Shown here: one piece after another, positions 8,525 to 16,164 of the stretch
Position numbering within the stretch: position 1 is the stretch's first letter
Layout of the letters: every line of letters starts with the position of its first letter
Source: Candidatus Schekmanbacteria bacterium
Lineage (GTDB): Bacteria; CSSED10-310; JACPHN01
Direction: 5' to 3'
Assembly (NCBI GenBank): GCA_016188575.1
Contig: JACPHN010000228.1
Location: forward strand, 35,961 to 99,960
DNA length: 64,000 bases
Notes under the pieces: generated by a model
The model's input: only the letters and a program-made list of their open reading frames with translations
Database searches by the model: none
Told to the model about the DNA's origin: nothing
Made by a program: the position numbers and the translations under genes

Positions 8525-10405
8525 ATGGTCGCCCCTGACCACGAACAATGCTGGCTGCGCGCCGACCCCGCGATCGTGGCAGCGCAGCTTGTTCCGGGCC
8601 ACACCCGGATCGTGTTCGCCGGCGATATCGGCACCGGAAAGACCACGCTGCTTACCGGTGTTGCGGATGCCCTGGTTGCCGAGCGAGTTCCCGTTGAGGC
8701 GATCTGCGCCGACCCCGGGCAGCCCGCATTCGGAGTCCCCGGCTGCGTGTCCATCGCCAGGCGCTGCGGCCGCTGCTGGCACGTACTCGGCATGGTCGGT
8801 CTCGGGTCGCTCGACGCGCTCCGGTTTCGTCTGCCGCTGGTGGCGGCAGTGCGTCGCTTGCCCCGCGCGCCAGAGTGCGTGCTGCTCGTGGATACGCCGG
8901 GAGCGGTGCGGGGAATGGCAGCAGCGGAGCTGCTCGCGGCGCTGGTGGCAACGGTGGAGGCCACCGCGGCGGTGGTTGTGGAGCGAAAAGACGAAGCACA
9001 GTCGGTTCTCGACGACCTCGCGGTGGCCGGCGCCACGGTGGTGCGGGTGCGTGCCGCGGCCGCAGCGCGGGGGCGGAGCAGTCGCCAGCGGCGAGCAGAC
9101 CGGACGAGTCGGTGGGAGGAGCACATCGCCGGTGCGCAGGTGCATGAGCTGCCCGTGGCGGGTCTTGCCGTTGGGGGTGCACCGCCTCCGGTCTCCGCCG
9201 CGGCGGCTTGGAGCGGTCGCCAGGCCGTGCTGGTTGGAGAAAACCGCGAGACGTTGGCGATGGGAGAGCTTTTGGGGGTGGACTCAGGCGTCGTCCGCGT
9301 GCTGGCCCCTCGCTTTGAGGTAGCTGCAGCGCGGGCGTTGATCGTCCGCGACGCTATTCGGCGCGATGGTGTACTGACGACCGCCCGTCCCCATTGCGAA
9401 GGTGGTAGGTTAGCCGCGTCCGCGCCCGCGGCGGCGGCGCGGCTCGCGGACTGGGGTGCGGGCTCCCGCCGCTCGGCCGGCCGCGCCTTCGTGGCGGAGC
9501 TGCTCGGCGGACCGTTCGATGATCCGATTCTTCATCTTCGCTGTGCGCGAAAACGGCGCAGTATCCTCTTCGATATCGGCGCGACCGACCGCCTGCCGGC
9601 GCGTGTGGCGCACCAGATCACGGATGCCTTCGTGACCCACGCGCACATCGATCACATCGCCGGACTCTTGTGGCTGATCCGGTGCCGCATTGGCTATCCG
9701 TGCTGCTGTCGGCTCTTCGGGCCGCCGGGTTTCGCCTCACACGTCGCGAATCTGGTAGCCTCGGTGCGCTGGGATCGCATCGGTGACGCTGGCCCACGCT
9801 TCGAGATCACAGAGGTCGGCGAGGAGTTGCTGTCCTGCTGGGAGCTCGTGGTCGGCAAGCAAGAGCTCGCTCTCCGCACAGATGGGGTGCGCCACGAGGG
9901 CACGCTGCTGGAGGAGCCGGGTTTTCGCGTGCGCGCGATCACGCTCGACCACGGCATCCCCGTTCTCGCCTTTGCGGCCGAGGAGAAACCTGATTTGGCA
10001 AGGAGACCACCTGGCCGGACGACCACGGACGACGACCGCGCTGGCACCGGCCGTGTCGTCTACGCCACGGACCTGGCCGATTCGCCCAGCAACCGGAGTC
10101 GGCTGATCGCGTTTGCGCGAGCGGCCCGCACCTTGTACTGTGAGGCTGCTTTTCGCGTCGCCGATGCTGCTCTTGCCCACGCCACGGGGCATCTGACCAC
10201 GCGCGCTTGTGGCGAGATCGCCAGCGCTGCCAACGTCCGTTGCCTGGTGCCCTTTCACTTCTCACGGCGCTACGAGCGAATACCGGCAGAGATCTATGCT
10301 GAGGTCCTTTCGCAATTCCCCGACACCGCCGTGCCGCAGGGCCTGGAGAGCGCGCGCGGTGCTTGCTCGCCGGCGCGTTCAGGCGCTGCCCGGCCGCATG
10401 ATTGA
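8525..10405 (+). CDS. Two-domain fusion protein (626 aa): N-terminal Clp1/Grc3-like P-loop polynucleotide-kinase-like domain and C-terminal RNase Z / RNase BN-like metallo-beta-lactamase nuclease domain
   Basis: ATG at 8525 has a GGAGG site 5 nt upstream. The N-terminal domain has Walker A FAGDIGTGKTTLL, then ICADPGQPAF (DxGQ) and LLVDTPG; this order matches Clp1-family kinases. The C-terminal domain has LFDIGATDRL...FVTHAHIDHIAGL (HxHxDH), DHGIPVLAFAAEE, VVYATDLADS and VPFHFSRRY, which matches the RNase Z HFSxRY signature. Confidence 0.75.
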   Translation: MVAPDHEQCWLRADPAIVAAQLVPGHTRIVFAGDIGTGKTTLLTGVADALVAERVPVEAICADPGQPAFGVPGCVSIARRCGRCWHVLGMVGLGSLDALRFRLPLVAAVRRLPRAPECVLLVDTPGAVRGMAAAELLAALVATVEATAAVVVERKDEAQSVLDDLAVAGATVVRVRAAAAARGRSSRQRRADRTSRWEEHIAGAQVHELPVAGLAVGGAPPPVSAAAAWSGRQAVLVGENRETLAMGELLGVDSGVVRVLAPRFEVAAARALIVRDAIRRDGVLTTARPHCEGGRLAASAPAAAARLADWGAGSRRSAGRAFVAELLGGPFDDPILHLRCARKRRSILFDIGATDRLPARVAHQITDAFVTHAHIDHIAGLLWLIRCRIGYPCCCRLFGPPGFASHVANLVASVRWDRIGDAGPRFEITEVGEELLSCWELVVGKQELALRTDGVRHEGTLLEEPGFRVRAITLDHGIPVLAFAAEEKPDLARRPPGRTTTDDDRAGTGRVVYATDLADSPSNRSRLIAFARAARTLYCEAAFRVADAALAHATGHLTTRACGEIASAANVRCLVPFHFSRRYERIPAEIYAEVLSQFPDTAVPQGLESARGACSPARSGAARPHD

Positions 10406-10435
10406 CCAATACTTTGACCATCGGGAGACGACATC

Positions 10436-12400
10436 ATGGTAGCTCTTGCGCGCACCAACATTCCCGCCGGCGCCGAGGCACCCGCGCCGACTTCCCCGTC
10501 GCCCGGCGCCCACTCCTTCGACTTGGTGCCGCTCATTCCGCGTACGGTGCTTTTCGGTAACCCCACACAATTCCAGGCCCGCCTCGCCCCGGACGCTAGC
10601 CGCTTTTCCTTCCTCGCACCTTCGCCCGCCGGGGTGCTCAACGTCTGGTTACAGACGCTCGGCGCAGCGGATGCGGTCATGATCACCAACGATACTCACC
10701 GGGGCATCCTTCAGCACCTCTGGACGTACGACAGCCAGCACATTGTCTACTTGCAGGATGAGCTAGGCGAGGAAAACGACCACCTCTTTGTCGTGCATCT
10801 GGCCACCGGGATGGTGCGCGACTTGACGCCTTTTCCGGGAGTGCGGGCACAAAACGTCATGCTCGATCGCAAGCATCCTGGCGACCTGCTCGTGGGTCTG
10901 AACTTGCGCGACCGGCGGGTCTTTGACATGTATCGAGTCGACGTGAAGGCCGGGACTGCCGTGCTGGATACTGAAAACCCGGGCGACGTGCTCGGATGGA
11001 TGACGGATCCTGCCTTCGAGATTCGCGCCGCGCTTGCCTCCGGCTCCACCGACGGCAGTACTACGCTGCGCGTGCGCGACAACCGCGACCAACCTTGGCG
11101 CGACCTGGTGACCTGGCCGTTTGGCGAGAATGGTAACGTAGAGGATTTTGCGGCCGATGGCAGGAGCCTGTTCGTCGAGACGACCACAGACTCGGACACG
11201 GCGCGGCTGGTCGAGATCGACGCTCAAACCGGCGAGGAGCTGCGAACGCTGGCGGAAAACCCGAAAGCGGACGTTGGACGCGTGCTGGTCAATCCTGATA
11301 CGCACGTGCTCGAGGCAGTGTCGTTCGACTTTGAGAAAGAAGACTGGACGGTACTCGATGATTCCGTGCGAGCTGATTTCGCGGCGCTGTCAAAGCTCGC
11401 TCCCGACAATCTGTCGATCGTCAGCCGCGACTTGGCGGACCGGATCTGGATTGTGGCGTTCGAGCGCGACCGAGGATCGCTTCGTTACGTTCTGTATGAC
11501 CGCGACGCGAGGTCGAGCAGCGAGCTCCTGGTGAGCCAGCCGGAGCTGGAGGAGTATGCCCTCGCGCCGGTCGAGCCCGTGATCATCAAATCGCGAGACG
11601 GCCTCGATCTGGTGAGCTACTTGACCTTGCCGCCAGGCGTAGAGCCGGTACGCTTGCCGTTCGTGCTTAATCCGCATGGAGGGCCACAGTCCCGAAACAC
11701 CTGGGGCTATCGTCCCAATGTGCAGTGGCTTGCCAATCGCGGGTATGCCGTGCTGCAGGTGAACTTCCGCGGCTCGACCGGATACGGCAAATCCTTCCTC
11801 AACGCGGGGAACGGCGAATGGGGCCAGAAGATGCAGAACGACCTGACGGATGCGGTGCTGTGGGCCGTGGAGCGCGGCATCGCCGACCCGGCGCGGGTGG
11901 CAATCTTGGGTGGCTCCTACGGAGGGTATGCGGTGCTCGCCGGTCTCGCCTTTACGCCCGAGCTGTATGCTTGCGGCGTCGATATGTTCGGCCCCTCGAA
12001 CCTCCGCACGCTGCTGGCTTCGGCTCCGCCATACTGGGAGCTGGCCAAGAAAGAGTCGATGCTCCGCATCGGCGACGTGGAGCACGATGAGGCGCTGAAC
12101 CGGCGTCTGTCCCCGCTGTTTCACGTGGATGCGATCCGCGCGCCGTTGCTCATCGGCCAGGGTGCCAACGACGTGCGCGTAAAGATACACGAATCGGACC
12201 AGATCGCGGCTGCTGTGCGCCAGAAAGGCGTTGCGGTCGAGTACGTGGTCTACACCGACGAGGGACACAGTTTCGTGCGGCCGGAGAACCGATTTGATTT
12301 CTTTGGTCGCGCCGAGCGGTTTCTGGCCCAGCATCTCGGCGGTCGCTGTGAACCGTGGAGCGAGGTCCCGGGGGCGAGCGTGGAGGTGCGGCGGCTCTGA
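10436..12400 (+). CDS. S9 family serine peptidase (prolyl oligopeptidase / acylaminoacyl-peptidase-like): beta-propeller plus alpha/beta-hydrolase domain
   Basis: It shows GGSYGGY around the catalytic Ser, a C-terminal DEGHSF catalytic His region, and a long N-terminal propeller-like region. It starts 31 nt after the fusion gene. Confidence 0.85.
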   Translation: MVALARTNIPAGAEAPAPTSPSPGAHSFDLVPLIPRTVLFGNPTQFQARLAPDASRFSFLAPSPAGVLNVWLQTLGAADAVMITNDTHRGILQHLWTYDSQHIVYLQDELGEENDHLFVVHLATGMVRDLTPFPGVRAQNVMLDRKHPGDLLVGLNLRDRRVFDMYRVDVKAGTAVLDTENPGDVLGWMTDPAFEIRAALASGSTDGSTTLRVRDNRDQPWRDLVTWPFGENGNVEDFAADGRSLFVETTTDSDTARLVEIDAQTGEELRTLAENPKADVGRVLVNPDTHVLEAVSFDFEKEDWTVLDDSVRADFAALSKLAPDNLSIVSRDLADRIWIVAFERDRGSLRYVLYDRDARSSSELLVSQPELEEYALAPVEPVIIKSRDGLDLVSYLTLPPGVEPVRLPFVLNPHGGPQSRNTWGYRPNVQWLANRGYAVLQVNFRGSTGYGKSFLNAGNGEWGQKMQNDLTDAVLWAVERGIADPARVAILGGSYGGYAVLAGLAFTPELYACGVDMFGPSNLRTLLASAPPYWELAKKESMLRIGDVEHDEALNRRLSPLFHVDAIRAPLLIGQGANDVRVKIHESDQIAAAVRQKGVAVEYVVYTDEGHSFVRPENRFDFFGRAERFLAQHLGGRCEPWSEVPGASVEVRRL

Positions 12401-12508
12401 CGCGTTGCCACTCCAGGGCGAAGCGAAGCTCTTGTTCTGGTCAAGAATCCGTCGTACCCTGGAAGGTATCGCCGCGGCCCTGGGCGACGCGGCTCCTCTC
12501 AGGATTCC

Positions 12509-12919
12509 ATGGTGAAGATCAAGAAACGCACGAGCCGTCCCGGCAAAATCAAGGGTGCGATCCGGGCACTGAAGGCCGCCCGCCTCGATCGGGACACCGT
12601 GCGGGTAGGGTTGCACATCCTCGGTGAGAGCTCAGCCACGCCCGGGACGCAGGATGGCGTCGCGCGCGGTCGATCGACAGTGGAGGCGATCGCAGCGGCG
12701 ACCGAGCTGACAGTGGAAAAGGTGGCGAAGAGCTTGCTCGCGCTCCAGAAGATCGGGCTCATCGCGATGCCCGGGAATTCAGGGGGGGCCGCCGCGCCGC
12801 CCGAAGCCGTGGCCTTCGATCTCCCCACGAGCTCTCCTGACGACCAGGATGGCGAAGGTCCCGAACCTCGCGCGGACACTGGCGCGACGCCGCCCTCCAA
12901 TGGAGCACAATCGGCATGA
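12509..12919 (+). CDS. Hypothetical small protein (136 aa), basic N-terminus, possible HTH-like segment
   Basis: Its stop overlaps the start of the next gene as ATGA (12916-12919). The segment STVEAIAAATELTVEKVAKSLLALQKIGL is helix-turn-helix-like. I found no recognisable family. Confidence 0.45.
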   Translation: MVKIKKRTSRPGKIKGAIRALKAARLDRDTVRVGLHILGESSATPGTQDGVARGRSTVEAIAAATELTVEKVAKSLLALQKIGLIAMPGNSGGAAAPPEAVAFDLPTSSPDDQDGEGPEPRADTGATPPSNGAQSA

Positions 12920-13452
12920 GCATACCGTTTCGTCTCGCTCGCCTGATGAAAATGTATGGAAACGCCGCTCTCGACAAGGTCCGCGAGCTCGACCTCGGAG
13001 ACTGGGAGCATGTGCTCGATGATTGGCGTGATCCGGGGCGCAAGGATTCGTCCACGGTTCCGGATCGGGAGGCGTTTGAGGATGCTCTTGACGAGCTCGA
13101 GGCGGAGCTCGCCGAGGCGCGATCGCGTCGCCAGACCTCCAAGGAACGGGAAGAGCCGCGGCGCGCCCGGCCCACAGCGGAGCCAGGAAGCGGCCCCGGC
13201 CACGAGTCGTCGGGGAGGGCAGGCGCTGCCGGCAGACCCAAGAATGACCTGCGCCGTCACTACGCCGAGCTCAATGTCTCACCGGACGCGGACATGAAAA
13301 CCGTCAAGGCCGCCTACAGGCGACTCATTCGCCAGCACCATCCCGACATCCACTCGGGCGATCCGATCAAGGAAAAGACGGCCACCGAGCGGTCTCAACG
13401 ACTCACAGAAGCCTACCGCACAATCGAAAAGTCCCGGCGCGAGGGAAGCTGA
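12916..13452 (+). CDS. J-domain (DnaJ-like) protein with a C-terminal J domain
   Basis: DLRRHYAELNVSPDADMKTVKAAYRRLIRQHHPDIHSGD contains the HPD motif and J-domain helices. The charged N-terminal region has no known domain. Confidence 0.75.
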   Translation: MSIPFRLARLMKMYGNAALDKVRELDLGDWEHVLDDWRDPGRKDSSTVPDREAFEDALDELEAELAEARSRRQTSKEREEPRRARPTAEPGSGPGHESSGRAGAAGRPKNDLRRHYAELNVSPDADMKTVKAAYRRLIRQHHPDIHSGDPIKEKTATERSQRLTEAYRTIEKSRREGS

Positions 13453-13475
13453 AATCCGGCACTGCGCGCCCATTT

Positions 13476-13503
13476 GGCCGAGCCCATGGCGTCGGGCTCG
13501 GCC
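13476..13503. terminator. 10-bp perfect inverted repeat GGCCGAGCCC, loop atggcgtc, GGGCTCGGCC between convergent genes; possible bidirectional terminator hairpin
   Basis: Read directly from the sequence. It sits between the J-domain gene stop (13452) and the convergent ATP-grasp-like gene stop (13529). There is no clear U-tract. Confidence 0.4.
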
Positions 13504-13528
13504 TCAGGCGCGGCGCGCAACCCAGAAG

Positions 13529-14620
13529 CTACAGCGGGGAGCGATACCGCGGCTGAGCCGGGTTATCCATCATCTCGTGCATTTCTTCCAGATACGCTTT
13601 CATCAGTTGATCGACGCCTTCGAAGTCGCCCTGCTGGTGCCAGTTGATGTTGAATCCAACCTGGTCGTTCAGCTCGGTGAGAAACCAGCGGCCACTGATG
13701 TCGCGCATTACGTCCACAGAAAAAACCCCATACGGAAAGAGCTCTCCGATCCGGTGCGCGACGGGATCGACCACGGCCCACGCGCCCGCCGGGTAGCTGT
13801 CGGGGTGGACATAGATCATGCCATGGTCTACGGTTTTTACGTAGGTCTGGATGAAAGAGACCCGGCCATGGTCCTTGATGGCAAACACGAAGCGAGCGTC
13901 GTGGCGTAGCCCGGCCAGCCCGATTTCCGGTATTCCTTCGTAGGTGTGCACCAGCGTCTGGATCACGTAGGGAAGGCGCGCAAGTTGCCCGAGGATGTGG
14001 CGAACAAATCCTGGGTCGTCGATCCGCTGGCCCCACCAATGGCGAAGCTCCAACCCTCGCGGCTGCCGGGTCACCATGAAAATTCCGCGGCTTTCCCAGC
14101 CGTGATCCGGCTTCAGCAGAGCCGCTTCGTGATGCTCGGCATAGGTTTCGTCCATGAGGTCAAAGAATGCCGAGACCTGCTCTTCAACCGGGCCTGACGC
14201 GGGATCAATGCGCCGGGTCAACGCGTGATAGCGCCGGAACGCCTCGTAAGACTTCCATTTCGAACCCACGAGCCGGCTCAAGCCGACGTGACCGAAGATT
14301 GGCAGCCCCAGCTCGATGATTCTGTCGATGACGGCGCGAAAATGCGGCTCACCCTCGTCGAGCTTGTCAAAAACGAAGGTGGCCTCGATGGGCTCTGCCA
14401 CCGGCGCCCAACGCCAGTTGCGCGGGACCCAATAGCCGCTCACCGTGCCGTCTCCTGCGAAGTCGTACGAAGAGCAAAACGCCATGCTTCGTCCCCCGGC
14501 ATTCGCCAGGCTGTGGAAATGCCCGTACGCGCGATTCAGATCGTCGTTGTCACCGTATGGCATGATCCCGGAGCGAATGCTGGGCAGGTCGGAATTGAGC
14601 ATGATCGGGCACTTGCGCAT
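13529..14620 (-). CDS. ATP-grasp-fold enzyme-like protein (TTL/RimK-style), ~363 aa (tentative)
   Basis: ATP-grasp-like features are present: RGIFMV, YVIQTLVHTY...HDARFVFAI, and a C-terminal WFLTELNDQVGFN that resembles the hhhEhN...P motif. I chose MRKCPIM as the start because a GGAGG site sits 6 nt upstream; the ORF-track start at 14692 is an alternative. Confidence 0.55.
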   Translation of the reverse strand: MRKCPIMLNSDLPSIRSGIMPYGDNDDLNRAYGHFHSLANAGGRSMAFCSSYDFAGDGTVSGYWVPRNWRWAPVAEPIEATFVFDKLDEGEPHFRAVIDRIIELGLPIFGHVGLSRLVGSKWKSYEAFRRYHALTRRIDPASGPVEEQVSAFFDLMDETYAEHHEAALLKPDHGWESRGIFMVTRQPRGLELRHWWGQRIDDPGFVRHILGQLARLPYVIQTLVHTYEGIPEIGLAGLRHDARFVFAIKDHGRVSFIQTYVKTVDHGMIYVHPDSYPAGAWAVVDPVAHRIGELFPYGVFSVDVMRDISGRWFLTELNDQVGFNINWHQQGDFEGVDQLMKAYLEEMHEMMDNPAQPRYRSPL

Positions 14621-14927
14621 GAGCCCCTCCAAGCGGCAATGGGATTGAGGCGCGGCGATGAGCGGGAACTGGTTCAGCGCCGCTGGCGTCAAACCCGTGC
14701 GGTTATATCATGGCTGAGGCGGTTTGTGCGAGCACCTCGGAGCCCCGTCGCGAATCTCGTGACACCCCGGGATCACCGCCTGTTCGACGATTCCTGAGTG
14801 AAACGCGGGAAGTAGCGGGCGGATTCATGGGAGGTTGGATTTGTGCCTCTCGCTGCACCGGGAATGAGGGAAGATGCCGCCGGCAACGGCAGCGAGACCA
14901 CGACGGCCCCTGGAGCGACAAGGACTT

Positions 14928-15932
14928 TCATTGTTTTCTTCCCCGTCGCGGGATCACCCGGCTTAGCACCAGCAGCAACAAGGCCAGCCCGCCAGGCGAC
15001 ACCCCAGGCACGGGTCGGAGGAATCCCTGCACCACCGCGATCTGGTTACCGCCGCCAAACGTGGAAAAGAGAAAATCTCCCGTCACGGGATCGATCGTCG
15101 CGCCTTCCGCCCCCGTGAGATCGCTCATGAATGTGCGTCGCGTATTCACCAGGGGGTTGCCGTTGCCGTCGACTTCGTAGGCCCCCACTGCCCCAGCCGT
15201 GTACTCGGAGATGAGCATGCTATTGACGGCGAAGAGCGCGTTTCCGGCGCGGATGTAGACAAACCCCTCCGGTCCTCCGGAAACAGCCTGGTTCCCGGCG
15301 ACCGTCGGATCCAGATCGACCATGGTGTAGGGACCGATGTTGAACGTACCGCTGCCGTCAGGGCTGAACGTCGCAGCGTACCACTGACCGGCCTCCCAGC
15401 ACATAACCTTCACCCGACCGGCGCCACCAAAGCCGGAGGGCACGAAGTTGACCGAGCTTACCGAGCTCGCGGCGCCTTCCGGACCAGCCGCGAGTTGGTC
15501 CTCATCGTCTGTGGTCCCGGGCTTTACCTGTCCGATCTCGTTCTTCGGCCACCGCCCCAGAAACAGGACACCGCCGGGGCCAAACGCCACACCTCCGTCG
15601 TTGTAGTCTCCGATCCCCGAGGCCGCGCCGCCATACTGCAACGCCGTACCGGAAAAGCCAGTGATGTGGCTGTCCGTTCCGCGCACCACAGCGATCGTGT
15701 AGAGCCTACCGGAAGAAGAGTTTGCGTGTCCTCCGATGAGAATCGTATTCTCATCGAGAAACGTCAGTCCGCCGTACTGGGTAGGGAGTCCTGGCACTGA
15801 TCCGATGCTCGTCACGCTGTAGTAGTTGGCGTAGTACGGGTCAATCGTGAGCGCCGGCGCCGCCGGTGCATGGAAGAGGAAGGCAACTGTTGACAACCCT
15901 GCGAAACTTCTCAGATACGCTCGACACTTCAT
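14928..15932 (-). CDS. Secreted protein with a PEP-CTERM-like C-terminal sorting tail (~334 aa)
   Basis: MKCRAYLRSFAGLSTVAFLFHAPAAPA looks like a signal peptide, with a GGGAG site 7 nt upstream. The C-terminus PVPGVSPGGLALLLLVLSRVIPRRGRKQ has a hydrophobic helix followed by a basic tail. Confidence 0.65.
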   Translation of the reverse strand: MKCRAYLRSFAGLSTVAFLFHAPAAPALTIDPYYANYYSVTSIGSVPGLPTQYGGLTFLDENTILIGGHANSSSGRLYTIAVVRGTDSHITGFSGTALQYGGAASGIGDYNDGGVAFGPGGVLFLGRWPKNEIGQVKPGTTDDEDQLAAGPEGAASSVSSVNFVPSGFGGAGRVKVMCWEAGQWYAATFSPDGSGTFNIGPYTMVDLDPTVAGNQAVSGGPEGFVYIRAGNALFAVNSMLISEYTAGAVGAYEVDGNGNPLVNTRRTFMSDLTGAEGATIDPVTGDFLFSTFGGGNQIAVVQGFLRPVPGVSPGGLALLLLVLSRVIPRRGRKQ

Positions 15933-15950
15933 GTTCGTGCTCCCGATGCT

Positions 15951-15964
15951 GTCTATAGATCTAT
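15951..15964. promoter_or_regulatory. Perfect 14-bp AT-rich palindrome CTATAGATCTATAG just upstream of the start codon of the PEP-CTERM-like gene
   Basis: Read directly from the sequence. It lies about 19-32 nt upstream of the ATG and is unusual in a ~70% GC context. Confidence 0.3.
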
Positions 15965-16164
15965 AGGAGGTTGCCGCCGAAGTCAACTTATCGGTTTCAC
16001 TCCGTCCTCCAAGCCAGACTTCGCCGATTTTCGCCGCCGCACAGCGACCGGACCGGCCTCCTGAACAGGACACGACCCATAGCACGGCGGAGGCTTTTCT
16101 TGAGAGCCCAGACGATGTCCAGATCTCCGCGCGTGAAGAAAAGGTCACAAAATTCACGCTCCAT

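Noticed and set aside
8399-9145. 453-aa and 248-aa minus-strand ORFs that extend the TetR gene or overlap the fusion gene
   Set aside because: TetR-like sequence only begins at MGRNALIDKA. The upstream part overlaps the well-supported plus-strand kinase-nuclease gene.
12499-13260. 253-aa minus-strand ORF overlapping the J-domain operon
   Set aside because: The plus-strand frames encode a clear J domain (HPD) and show coupled start/stop. The antisense translation is Ser/Arg-rich with no motifs.
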